A stretch of 64,000 bases of DNA from Prorocentrum cordatum (Eukaryota). The notes beneath the pieces are model-generated. The model ran no database searches. It saw nothing but the letters and a program-made list of their open reading frames with translations, and had not been told where the DNA came from. A program made the translations under genes and the position numbers. The stretch is from the NCBI GenBank assembly GCA_963575745.1, contig CAUYUJ010000114.1, positions 1,116,001-1,180,000 of the forward strand. The letters run 5' to 3'. Of the stretch, positions 1 through 12,252 are shown one piece after another (position 1 is the first letter of the stretch; every line of letters begins with the position of its first letter).

Positions 1-1914
1 CCGCAGCTGCTCCGCGAGGCCAAGCGGTGCGGCTTCGCGGACCGCCAGATTGCGCCCCTGCTGCACTTCCAGGACGGCGTGGGCGCGCACGGCAAGTGGG
101 AGTACCACGGCGGCCCGGTGCACGACTACCACGTCCGCGCCCTGCGGAAGAGTGCGGGCATCGTTCCCGTCGTGAAGCAGATCGACACACTCGCGGCCGA
201 GTTTCCAGCGCACACCAACTACCTCTACCTCACGTACAGCGGCATCGAGAACGACGTGAACCTCGCCAGCCTCGGCTCTCAGGAGGAGGACACAAGCCAG
301 CCGGAGGCTCCTATCATGGTCATCGGCTGCGGCCCGTACCGCATTGGCAGCAGTGTCGAGTTTGATTGGTGCTCCGTGTCCTGCGTCAAGACGCTGCGAG
401 GGCTCGGCAAGCGCGCAATCATCATCAATTGCAACCCAGAGACAGTGTCGACAGACTACGACGAATCGGACCGTCTTTACTTCGACGAGCTCAGCCACGA
501 AACCGTGCTCGACGTCGCCGAGATGGAGCAGTGCGCCGGCATGATCGTGTCTGTCGGCGGGCAGATACCCAACAACTTAGCCATGCGGCTGCATCAGGTC
601 GGCGTCAAGATCTTGGGCACATCGGTTGATTCAATCGATGCCTGCGAGAACAGGTTCAAGTTCAGTCAGCTCTGTGACGCTCTCCGCATAGACCAGCCAG
701 AGTGGTCCGAGTTCACGACCGTGGAGGAGGCCTTCTTTTTTTGCAATCGCGTCAGCTTTCCCGTGCTGGTGCGTCCATCTTACGTGCTCAGCGGAGCCGC
801 CATGCGAGTGGTGAACTCGGCGGGCGAATTGGAGAGGTTTCTTCGGGCCGCGGCCGTTGTGAGCCGCGAGTACCCCGTGGTGGTGTCGAAGTACATCGCG
901 GGGGCCAAGGAGGTCGAGCTCGACGCCGTGGCTCAGAACGGAGTGATGTTGAACTATGCCATCGCGGAGCACGTCGAGAACGCTGGCGTGCATAGTGGGG
1001 ACGCTTCTCTGCTCCTTCCAGCACAGAAACTATTCGTGGAGACACAGCGCCGTGTTAAGCAGATCGGGCAAAAACTTTGCAGGGAGTTGAACATCTCGGG
1101 TCCGTTCAACATCCAGTTCATCTGCAAAGAGAATGATGTCAAGGTGATCGAGTGCAACCTGCGCGCTTCCCGGTCTATGCCTTTCATTTCCAAGACCTAC
1201 AACATTAATTTCATCGAGCTCGCGACTCGGGTGTTCCTTGGCATGCCTGTGCACCCCAAGCCAGTGCAGCCGATGGACATGGAGTACGTTGCGTGCAAGG
1301 CGCCCGTGTTCTCGTTCGGGCGGCTGAAGAACTCCGACCCGAGGCTTGGAGTGGAGATGCAGTCTACTGGCGAGGTGGCGTGCTTCGGGGTGAACAAGTA
1401 CGAAGCCTTCCTGAAGGCGATGATCGCCACCGGTTTCAAGCTTCCGGCCAAGAACATTTTGGTATCCATCGGCCCGAGGTCGCAAAAGCATGAGTTTTTG
1501 GAGGTCGCCGACTTGTTCGTGGCCATGGGGTTCCAGTTGTATGCAACAAAGGGCACTCACGAGGCTCTCAAGAACCACGGCATCGAGTCCTGCGTCTTCA
1601 CGTTCAAGGCGCGCGTGAAGAGGGAGCCGAATGTGCTGACCTTGCTGCAGGGCGGCGCGCTCGACCTCGTCATCAACGTGCCCGACGGCATGGACTCGCA
1701 GGCGCTCACGGACGGCTTCGACATCCGGCGGGCGGCCATCGACAGCGGCACCTCCCTGATCACCGACATGAAGACGGCGGTGCTCACCGGCATGGCGCTG
1801 CACCGGAAGTGGGTGCGGGAGACGTCCGGGAGGGCGTTCTGGTCCTACGGCTCCTGGCAGGAGTACACCGAGCCGGGCGACGTGCTGTCGGCGCACGGGG
1901 CCGCGCCACCGTGA
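1..1914 (+). CDS. Carbamoyl-phosphate synthetase large-chain region, C-terminal part (second ATP-grasp plus MGS-like domain); 5' truncated by the window edge
   Basis: Frame is open from base 1 (PQLLREAKRCGFADRQIA). Diagnostic CPSase motifs: KQIDTLAAEFPA.TNYLY.TY, GPYRIGSSVEFDW, NCNPETVSTDYD, VRPSYVLSGAAM, EHVENAGVHSGDA, IECNLRASRS, EMQSTGEVACFG, YATKGT. Stops at 1912-1914 with no fused DHO/ATCase. Confidence 0.97.
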   Translation, partial: PQLLREAKRCGFADRQIAPLLHFQDGVGAHGKWEYHGGPVHDYHVRALRKSAGIVPVVKQIDTLAAEFPAHTNYLYLTYSGIENDVNLASLGSQEEDTSQPEAPIMVIGCGPYRIGSSVEFDWCSVSCVKTLRGLGKRAIIINCNPETVSTDYDESDRLYFDELSHETVLDVAEMEQCAGMIVSVGGQIPNNLAMRLHQVGVKILGTSVDSIDACENRFKFSQLCDALRIDQPEWSEFTTVEEAFFFCNRVSFPVLVRPSYVLSGAAMRVVNSAGELERFLRAAAVVSREYPVVVSKYIAGAKEVELDAVAQNGVMLNYAIAEHVENAGVHSGDASLLLPAQKLFVETQRRVKQIGQKLCRELNISGPFNIQFICKENDVKVIECNLRASRSMPFISKTYNINFIELATRVFLGMPVHPKPVQPMDMEYVACKAPVFSFGRLKNSDPRLGVEMQSTGEVACFGVNKYEAFLKAMIATGFKLPAKNILVSIGPRSQKHEFLEVADLFVAMGFQLYATKGTHEALKNHGIESCVFTFKARVKREPNVLTLLQGGALDLVINVPDGMDSQALTDGFDIRRAAIDSGTSLITDMKTAVLTGMALHRKWVRETSGRAFWSYGSWQEYTEPGDVLSAHGAAPP

Positions 1915-2534
1915 GGTCCCCGGGGGCGAGGTCCTCTCCAGCCCGGCGGCCTGGGGGTCGCGGGCCCCGCTGGGCTGGCGGGGCCGTCGTGGGCGGCCGG
2001 CTCCAGGCCGCGGCGGTTGCGCAGCCGGGTCCGCGCTACGTTTCATGTCTTGAGCGCACCTGGAGGGTCACCAGGCTCGCTCGCGGGCACTTTTTTGGGG
2101 CACCCTCCCTCCCCGTCTCCCTCCAGCCGCCCTCCCAGTCGTCCTCCTCGTCCTCCTCGTTAGGCCCTCCTGGCGTTGCTGCCAGGCTCCGCGGGGAGAG
2201 ATGCGCTTGATTTGCCCACGTGGTGGCTAGGATTCGTTGCCTATTGGTGGGGCCAATGCCAAGGCAGCTGCCAGCCCTGCTGCTGGAACCAGCGCAAATC
2301 TCGGGTCTTGTCCTTTCTGCGCATGGCGAGGGTGTGTACTGTACATACAGTGTATTCCATTCAGGTGCAACGTGATGGTTTACACGCAGGAGGCGGCCAT
2401 GCTCTGGGTATAAAAAGAGCGGGGTGAGGGCTAGTTGTGCAGGTGGATGTCATGGCCGGGGCCATGGAAACTCCGAGGTGTCATGTCGTTGTTTGATCCT
2501 TATGATTGCTATAAATGCTCCCATCATTTCGTGC

Positions 2535-3279
2535 TATTGAATCGCTTCGCTCATTCCGCCGGCCCATTTCGCATGACTGAGCCTCTTGGGGCCGCTGGGG
2601 GGCCTCTTCAGCGTCGCTTGGGGGCCTCCTGAGGGCCTCTTGGGGGCTTTTGGGGCCTCTCAGGGGCCTCCTGGGGGCTTCTTAAGGCCGAGGGCTCGAA
2701 GTTTGTTTTGTGTTCCCCCTTTGGGGCATCGCTTGGGGCCCTCTTGGGCCCCTCTTGGGCCGTCTTGGATGCCTCTGGGGCCGTCTTGGAGCCCTCTTGG
2801 GCCATCTTGGGGCCTTCTTGGGAGCTTCTTGGGCCCTCTTGGGGCGATCTTGGGGGCCTCTTGGGCCGTCTTGGGGCGTCGGGAAGCCGAAAAGATGGAC
2901 ACGCCAAAATCTGCCCAAAACCTAAGGAAAAGTAATGAATTTTGCCTCTTGGGGCCCTCTGGGGAGTGCTCTTGGAGGCCTCTTGGGGCGTCTGGGGGCC
3001 ATCTTGGGCGTCTTGGAACGATCGTGTGGCATCTCGGAGCACTCTTGAACCATCTTGGAGGGCTCTTGGCGGCCTCGTGGCCCTTCTTGGGGCTCTCTGG
3101 AGGGCCACGGGGGCGGCGCCCAGGAGGAAAAGCATCTCTGATCCGACCCTGCCGGGGATCGCCCAGGGTACTTTTCGTCCGGGGACCCCCAGGGGCCGCC
3201 CCGCGCGCGCGAAGTAGAAGTATTATTTAGCAGTTACCAGAGATCTTAGCACGCCTCTGGCCCGTTGGGCCGGCGAATT
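2535..3279. mobile_element. Second Helentron/DINE-like family with a GGGGCCTCTT-rich body
   Basis: Left gcttcgc plus attccgccggccca (2544-2566); right tgggccggcgaat (3266-3278) is the inverted partner. Same layout as 31573-32225. Confidence 0.6.
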
Positions 3280-3769
3280 GTCGAAGACGCCTACGGTGAA
3301 TCACCGCCGTCCCTGCTTTTTCAGGATACGCCTATGTGGCCAAACGTTTTGGGGCAAAGTTTGGCCAAGCAATTTGACCATGTGTTCCTCCAGCCGTTGT
3401 GGGAACCCTTCGGGAAAGAAGTGGGGGAAGAAAGAGGATGAGGGGAGGGAGGAACAAGGAGGAGAGGACGAGGATGAGGAGAGGGAGGATGAGGAGAGGG
3501 AGGAAAGAAGGAGAGAAAGATGAGAAAGAAGAAAGAGGATGAGGAGAGGGAGGAACAAGGAGGAGGAGAAGGCGGAGGAGGCCTCTTCGGAGCCGCGTGG
3601 GGCACTCTTGGGGCCCCCATGGGAGCTCCCTGGGGGCCTCTTATAGAGGCTTCTTGAGGGCCTCCTTGGGGAGCCTCGTTGGCCGTCTTAGGGCGCTCCT
3701 GGCCCCCGAGGCGCCGTCGGAAGGCGCCTTGGTGGCGAGGAGGAGGAGGAGGAGGAGGAGGAGGAGGAG

Positions 3770-3803
<34 letters not shown>

Positions 3804-5749
3804 AGGAGGAGGAGGAGGAGGAGGAGGAGGAGGAGGAGGAGGAGGAGGAGCTCTCTGAACCAACTTGGGGCCCTCTTGGGGAGTTTCAGGGCCGCCTCGG
3901 AGGCCCTCGTGGGCGTCTTTGAGGCCGCTGCGGCCGCCTTCGGGGTCCTCGTGGGGCGGTCTCGGAGGCCTCTTGGGCGACCTCAGGGCGCTTCCCGGGA
4001 GCCTGCTCTGCCGTCTTCGGGCCCCCAAGACGCCGTCGGACGGCGTCTTGGCGGCCTCTCTGTGGACCAACTTAGGGGCCCTCTTGGGGTGCCTCGGGGC
4101 CGCCTCGGCGGCCACGGCGGCTGACGCGCCTGGGCTGGCCCCCCGCCGCGCCCTCCCCGAGAGCCACCCCGCAGCTGGCCCCGCCCAGGTGGCCCCGCAG
4201 GCCGCCGCCGCGCGCCGGCGCCCGCGCGGCGCCCGCGCAGGCGCACGCCGCGGCCAGCCCTGCCGCGGCGGCCCCCCCGGCCCGCGCCGCGGCGCCGCCG
4301 CACGCGCCGGCGCCCGCGCAGCAGGCGCCCGCGCAGGCGCTCGCCGCGGGGGCCCCGCCGGCCGCCGCTGGGCGCCGCTGCCCGCCCCGGCGGTGCGGGC
4401 GGGGCCCTCCTCCTCCTCCTCTTCCTCCTCTCCTCTCCTCCTCCTCCTCCTCCTCCTCTTCCCTCCTCCTCCTCCTCCTCCTCTTCCTCCTCCTTTGTTC
4501 AAGCAGCGGCGAAGCGTCCTGACCTGCCCAGGGGCCCACCAGGTAGTGTTCGAAGAACCGTTCTTTGATTTGCACGACTTGTTCGCGGAAGATCTCTGGT
4601 TGATGCAGTCGTGTTTGAACGCAGCGGTGTTATGTTCGAAGGATTTTGTTTTAGCCTCGAATCTAGACCCTTCGCGTAACCCCCCCAGTCCATCCAGAAA
4701 CGATGTCAGGTATGTGGATGCGCATGCAGTGGAAGAAAGGTTTGGGTCAGACGTCAGACCCCAAGGGATAAAGGAGGAAACGGAGGAGGAGGAGAACGAG
4801 GGAGACGGGGAGGGGGAGGAGGGGAGGAGGGAAGAGGAGGAGGAGGAGGAGGAGGAGGAGAAGGAGGAGGAGGAGGGGGAGGAGGGGGAGGACTAGGAGC
4901 AGGAGGAGGAGGAGGGAGGCCAGAGGCCTCTTCGATGCTTCTCGGAGTCTCTTCGGATGTCTCTTGGCAGCTTCTTGTAGGCCTCGTGGGGCGTCGTGGG
5001 GGCCTCTTTGCGGTCCCGGGGGCCTCTTGAGGCTTCTTGGGTGCCTCGGGTGAGCCTCTTGGGCTCCTTGGGTGCCTCGGGGGAGCCTCTTGGGCACCAC
5101 TTGGGGGCCTCTTGGGTCCTCCTGAGTGCTTCTTGGGTCCCTCTTGGGGCATTCTTGGGAGCGTTGGGGGTCATCTTGGGGTCACCTTGGAGGGGGTCGA
5201 CCAAACAAGCGGGGTACTATATTTGGCCCCCCCACAGGAGGTCGAAATGGGCCCAACACGCAAGCCATATCAGGGAGTTGTGCCTTCGCGCCGAGGCCAC
5301 CTTGGACAAGGGCTCCCACGAAGGCGCGAAGCTGTTCGCGCTTCGCGGTCCTCGTTCCTTCTCCCCCTCCTCCTCCTCGTCTTCCTTTTCCCCCTTTGGG
5401 GGTGGCGGCGCGAGAGCGCGAAGTCATTCGCGCTCTCGCGCCTCGCGGAGCGCGAGAGCGCGAAGTTGGGAGCCCTCGTTGGATGCTCCCATCGGTCACG
5501 GGGCGCCCCGTCCAGACCGAAGGGGGAGGGGGAGGGGTCAAGGCACTCCTCCTCCTCCTCCTCCTCCTCCTCCTGTACTCTGTGGCGTCCTCCTCTCCTT
5601 CCGCCTCCCCCTCCTCCTCCTCCTCCTCCTCCTCCTCCTCCTCCTCCTCCTCCTCCTCCTTTTCTTTCTCTCACCCCTCCTCGCCCCAAACAAAAAAAAC
5701 GGACCAGTTTTTCTGTTCTCGGGGGTGGGGTCGGCGGCGAAGAAAAAGG

Positions 5750-8170
5750 AATGCGACGTGGCCTCATCTGCCCTCCCCCCTACAAGGATTTCTATTGACC
5801 GCCCCCACAAGACGGATTCATAGTGAAATCCTCTACAGAAGGATTCCTATCGAAACCCTCCACTTAATGATTCCTACTGAAATCCTCCACAGATGGATTC
5901 CTATTGAAATCAGCCGCAGAAGGATTGATATTGAGACGCTTCCAAAGAAAGAATCCCCCGTTGGCATTGCATGGGCATTGGTTTGGTAATGGGTTGGCAT
6001 CGCAGTGGCATCGCGTTGGCATTGCGCTTGGCAGTGCGTTGCCAGTGTGCTTGCATTTCGCAAGCATTGCGCCTCCTCCTCCTACTCCTTTTTTGTTCGC
6101 TCGCCCCCCTCCCCCAAAAAATACGGACCATATTGTTTTGTTATTCTTTTCTTTTCCCGGGGGGGGGGGGTCGGCGGCAAAAAAAAGAAATGCGACGTGG
6201 CCTCATCTGCCTTCTCCCGTAGAAGGATTTCTATTGAACGCCCCCACAAGGAGGATTCATAGTGCAATCCTCTATAAAAGGATTCCTATCGAAACCCTCC
6301 ACTGAATGATTCCTATTGAAATCCTCCACAGATGGATTCCTATTGAAATCACCCGCAGAAAGATTGATATTGAGATGCTTCGAATGAAAGAACCCCCCGT
6401 TGGCATTGCATTGGCAGTGGTTTGGCAATTGTTTGGCATCGCATTGGCATTGCGTTGGCATTGCGCTTGGCAATGCGTTGCCAGCGTGCTTGCATTTCGC
6501 AAGCATTGCGCTGGCGAGTCCTAGTGGAAACCTCCACATAAGGGCTCCGATCGAAACCTCCTACAAGAAGGATTCCCCTTGAAACCCTCCACAAAACGGT
6601 CCATAATGACCAGAGGCATTCCATGCGAAACCTTCCACAGAAGGATTCCTATTGAAATCTACCACACAGGAGTTCCCCCATTGGCAGTGCATTGGCATTG
6701 GGTTGGGATCGCTTTGGCATTGGTGTGGCGTTGCGTTGGCACTGCGTTGGCATTGCGCTGGGCGCTGGCAAGTTCCAACACCTCCCTTCGCAGAATGATT
6801 CCTGTTGAACCCCCCACAAGAAGGAGTCCGATTGAAGCCTCCCACAAGAAGGGTTCACATTGATCTCCCTCACGAAAGGATTTTGAAGCCCTCCATAGAA
6901 GGATTATTCTTGAATCCGGCCACAAAAGATTTCCCCCATTGGCATTGCATTGGCATTGAATTGGGATCGCTTTGGCATTGGTTTGGCATTTCGTTGGTAT
7001 TGCGTTGGCATTGCGCTGGCGAGGTCTAATGACTCCCCCCACAGAAGGATTCCTATGAAAGCCTCGCACCCCCACATGAAGGATTCAAAGTGAAACCCCC
7101 ACAGAAAGATTCCAATCGAAACCCTCCACGGGAGGATTCCTATCGAAATCTTCGAAGAAGGATTCGTAACCAAATCATCCACATAAGGATTCCTCGTGAA
7201 ATCTGTTGGAAGACAGGAATCCCGCCATCGGCATTGCATTGGCATTGGTTTGGCAACGGTTTGGCATCGCATTGGCATTGCGTTGGCATTGCGATGGCAG
7301 TGTGTTAGCAGTGCGGCGGCATTGCGTTGACATTGCGCTGGCGAGTCCTACTCAAACACTTCACAGAAGGATTCCTATTGAACACCCCCACAAAAAGGAT
7401 GTATTGAATCCCCCCACAAGAAGAGTTCAAATTGAAATCCTCAACAGAAGGGTTCCATGCGAAGCCCTCCATAGACGGTTTCCTATTGAAATCACCCGAA
7501 GAAGGGTTCTTAGAAGGATTGCTATAGAAATCTACCACAAACAATTCCCCCCATTGGCATTGCATTGGCATTGGTTTGGCATTGCGTTGGCACTGCTTCG
7601 GCATTGCGCTGGCGAGTTCGAATGGCTCCCACCACAGAAGGACTCCTTACCTTCCACAAGAAGGGATCCTTTCGAAAGCCCCCCACGTAGAAGATTCATA
7701 CTGAAACCCCTCACGGAAGGATTCCAATCGAAATTTTCCACATATAGGATTCCTTTTGGAATCTACCACAAGGGATACCCCCCATTGGCATTGCATTGGC
7801 ATTGAATTGGGATCGCCTTGGCATTGGTTTGGCATTGCGATGGCAAAGCTTTGGCATTGCGTTGGCATTGTGCTGGCGAGTCCTAATGGCTCCCTCCCCA
7901 GACGGACTCCTACTGAAACCCTCCACAAGAACGATTCCGATTGAATCCTCCCACATGAAGGATTCCGAGTGAAACCCTCCACATGAGGATCCCGATCGAA
8001 ATTTTACACGTAAGCATTGCTATGGAAATCCTCCGAATAAGGATTTGTAATGACATCATCCACAAAGTATTTTTATTGAAATCCACCGAACGAAAGGATT
8101 CCCCCATTGGCATTGCATTGGCATTGGTGTTGATTGGGAATGAGTGTGTATCGCATCGGCATGCATTGGC
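5750..8170. repeat. Compound tandem array: ~23-bp AAGGATTCCTATTGAAATCCTCCAC units alternating with TTGGCATTGC blocks (~300-430-bp higher-order unit)
   Basis: About seven cycles, each with a cccc(a/g)ttggcattgcattggca block. Confidence 0.9.
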
Positions 8171-9689
8171 CTGGTGCAGGAGATAGACAAAGAGAGAGAG
8201 AGAGACAAAGAGAGAGAGAGAGAGAGCACTAGAGAACGATACAACGAGAAAATATTAGTATGGCGGGATCACGGCGAAAAGACAAATTACAAAAAAACAA
8301 TCAAAGTTTAAGGGTGAAAGAGCGTTTCACTTTTTAAAAACCGTATGAAAACGACCAGGGGCTCCACAATCCCCCGGCCTCTCCTCCTCCTCCTCCTCCT
8401 CCTCCTCCTCCTATTCCTCCTCCTCCTTCTCCTCCTACTCCTCGTCCTCCTCCTCCTCCTCCTCCTCCCCGCCTGCAAGCTGTCTCGCTCCCTCCCACCC
8501 GCCATCCTAGCACATACGTAGCGGCCAGGCCTCAGCATGCTCAGCGGTCGTCTGTGGATGGGCGGCTATTGGGATCCAATGCAGACCCCTTGTGCGCGAT
8601 GGGGCGAGGTGCACCACGTGTGCAAGGCACTCCGCGCCGGGCACCCCTGGGGCCCAAGCGTGCCAGGCACGCCTCGCGCGCCAGATGCGCCACTTGCACC
8701 ATGTGTGCCGCAAGGTCCAGCCGCGCCAGGTGCGCCACGTTTGGGACACGCGCAGAGCGTGCCAGATGCGCCCGCGCACGTGGCAGCATACATCGGGAAA
8801 CACGTCGGTCCCCACCACCCTTGTCGAAAAACAATGCACAATCGCGGCGGGGGCGCTATCATGGTGTCTGGTGGGCCTGAACGCAGCAGGCAATCTACCA
8901 GCACCTCCGCAGCCCTTGTCAAGCACCAATGGACGGTAATCGCGGGGTGGCCGCGCATGATCCAGATTTAGCCGCGAAGGGCATGTTGTATTGTTTTTGT
9001 GACAGGGGTGGTGGCCTTGCGCGCAGCAGGCAATATGTGGGCACCCCCGCCGCCCCAGTCAAAACACAATACAAAGTGCTCGTGGGGCCCACGAGCACGG
9101 CCCAAGATGCTGCCCCAAAGTGTGCTTCGTATTGCTTTTTGACAGGGATGGGAGGAGATAGGCATTGGTCCTGGTTGGCTGTGGGTCGCTTGGGGGAGGG
9201 GGGAGGGAACAGTGAGAAACCCCTCCCCGAAGAGGAAACGCTCCGAACCACTCACGCCCAGAAGGCTGATGGGATTAGAACATTACTTCATTAAAAATAT
9301 CGTATCAGGACTACAGGAATGCGAGGACGGCCGGTTCCTGCTCAAGTGATCGGGCATCGGCAACCTTGAGATCTCGGTGTCGCAAGTTTTCTCCACTGGC
9401 GATTTCTTCACATTTCGGGCCCCGGGACCATCGCAGATCGATCCGGCTCGAAAAAATGCAACAGACAGATTGAGTCTAGAACTCTAGTCGCAATCCTTCG
9501 TGATGTTGTTCCCAACCATCCTGTGGTTTTGGGTCCTCGTTTTGAAGAAACAGCACCCTGCGTTCTCCCTCATCATCCCCTCCTCCTCCTCCAACCCCTC
9601 CTCCTCCTCCCCCTCCTCCTCCTCCTCCTCCTCCTCCTCCTCCCCTTCCTCCTCCGATCTCTGCCTCTGCCCTCCAAACCAGTCAACCA

Positions 9690-11095
9690 TTTTGGCACAC
9701 CCCTCACACGTTTCGTGGCTCCATAGGGAGCCCCACCGAAGGCCCAAATGCCAGCGGTCGCATGCGGCCACCGCACCCATTTTGGCACACCCCTCACACG
9801 TCTCGTGGCCCCACAGAGAGCCCCACTGAAGGCCCAACTGCTAGCGTTCGCATGCGGCGGCCGCACCCATGTTGCACACCTCTCTCACCGAAGGCCCAAA
9901 TGCCAGCGTTCGAATGCGGCCACCGCCACCAATTTTGGCACACCCCTCACACGTCTCGGCTCCATAGGGAGCCCCACCGAAGGCCCAAATGCTAGCGTTC
10001 GCATGCGGCCACCGCACCCATTTTGGCACACCCCTCACACCTTTCGTGGCTCCATAGGGAACCCCACCGAAGGCCCCAATGCCAGCGCTCGCATGCGGCG
10101 GCCGCACCCATGTTGCACACCCCTTACACGTTTCGTGGCTCCATGGGAAACCCCACCGAATGCCCAAATGCCAGCGTTCGAATGCGGCCACCGCGCCCAT
10201 GTTGGCACACCCCTCGCACGTCTCGTGGCTCCATAGGGAGCCCCACCGAAGGCCCAAATGCCAGCGTTCGCAGGCGGCCACCGCACCCGCTTTGGCACAC
10301 CTCTTACACGCTTCGCGGCTCCATAGGGGGCCCCACCGAAGACCCATTTGTCACCGTTCGCATGCGGCCACCGCACCCATGTTGGCACACCCCTCACACC
10401 TTTCGTTGCTCCATAGGGAACACCACCGAAGGCCCCAATGCCAGCGCTCGCATGCGGCGGCCGCACCCATGTTGCACACCCCTTACACGTTTCGTGGCTC
10501 CATGGGAAACCCCACCGAATGCCCAAATGCCAGCGTTCGAATGCGGCCACCGCGCCCATGTTGGCACACCCCTCACACGTCTCGTGGCTCCATAGGGAGC
10601 CTCACCGAAGGCCCAAATGCCAGCGTTCGCAGTCGGCCACCGCACCCGCTTTGGCACACCTCTTACACGCTTCGCGGCTCCATAGGGGGCCCCACCGAAG
10701 ACCCAACTGTCACCGTTCGCATGCGGCCACCGCACCCATGTTGGCATACCCCTCACACCTTTTGTGGCTCCAGAGGGAATACCACCGAAGGCCCCAATGC
10801 CAGCGCTCGCATGCGGCGGCCGCACCCATGTTGCACACGTGGCTCCATGGGAAACCCCACCGAATGCCCAAATGCCAGCGTTCGAATGCGGCCACCGCGC
10901 CCATGTTGGCACACCCCTCGCACGTCTCGTGGCTCCATAGGGAGCCCCACCGAAGGCCCAAATGCCAGCGTTCGCAGGCGGCCACCGCGCCCATGTTGGC
11001 ACACCCCTCGCACGTCTCGTGGCTCCATAGGGGGCCCCACCGAAGGCTCAAATGCCAGCGTTCGCAGTCGGCCACCGCACCCCTCACACGTTTGG
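9690..11095. repeat. ~90-bp minisatellite (~15 units, ~359-bp 4-mer higher-order repeat)
   Basis: ttggcacacccctcacacg..ggctccatagggagccccaccgaaggcccaaatgccagcgttcgcatgcggccaccgcacccat repeated. A diverged inverted copy lies near 52380-52630. Confidence 0.92.
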
Positions 11096-12252
11096 TAGTC
11101 CCATGGGGAGCTCCTCTGAACGCGGTGCACACAACGACGGCATTCACAACTGCATGTGGTTGGGCCTTTCGCCGGGCTACTTTTTTGGGTCGCATCGACG
11201 GATCTCCGGGTCGGAGTGTCTCCAGCTCCTCCCCGAAATTGGGTCCCGAGGTCGAGGGAGGGCCGGGGAGCGACGAAGCCCTGGGCGGCTTCGGGCCTGC
11301 CGTCAGCGGGCAGCGGCAAGGGGGGGGGGGAATCACCGGCACCTCCCTCGTTGGGCTCCTTTGGGGGTCCTCGGGGGCCCCAGGAGGCCCCGGGAGGCCA
11401 GCATATCCTGGAGGAGCTGGCGACGCCTAGTGGTGCCCCCACTGTTTTTTTCGTTCCTTGGGGAGAATGATACCATGGCAGCGATGCGCTCCAAGATGTT
11501 CCGATCGTGCTTGGGCTCGGGCTCGGGGTTCTGTGTCACCGCCGTTCCGCGCGGACTCCAGGGACGGACGCCGATTGAGAATTGCCCCGGAGATCCTGGT
11601 TGGAGGCTTCGAAATTGGCACCAGCACCATAACAGGGGGGCGCGCCCACCGGGGGAAGAGGATCATAGATTTCGGTGTTGGTGGCAATCTTTCGGCCGCC
11701 TAGGAAGCCAGAGTATTACCACCATCACCGAGATCGGGATCACCTCTCCTCGGTTGAGGCACGCCGCCAACTTTGGTGTTGGTGTCAACCTCTGGGCCTG
11801 CCACCTGGAGCGCATCCTGAGCTGACCGCGTCAGCCTCAGCGATGGCCGCCATGCCGTCGAGGCTGGGGCCTGCCGCGCACCAGATCTCCGGCGGCAAGA
11901 TCTGTTCGATCGTGTTGGCGTTGGGTGTCCCCCGCCCGATTCCGGCATCGAGGGTGGTTTTTGTGCTCCACGTTCCCCTCGTTCCTCCTTCCTCTTCCCC
12001 CTAATCTCGCCCCCCTGCTCGAAGAGGACGGGCTGCATTGTCATGCTGTTCGTGTTGGGCTTAGTCCCCACTCCCGATGATCGACGAGCAAGCGAAGCGT
12101 GGCATCCTAGTCTTCTGACTCATCCCCGGCCTTGTCTGTCACCGCTGCCATTGCAGCAGCAGCCATCGTACAAAGCCACGCCGGCTCGAGCACTTTACGA
12201 CTCGCATCCAGGAGTCTGTTTGGCCCTGGTTGCGTTGCGTCGGGGCTCGTCG

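Noticed and set aside
3321..5989. Poly-E/P/R/G/L ORFs here and at 13.3k, 17.5k, 24k, 54k and 62k
   Set aside because: Products of (GGA/CCT)n microsatellites.
9748..11430. Long overlapping ORFs in the 90-bp array
   Set aside because: Open on both strands in several frames because the unit is 3n and stop-poor; no protein signature.
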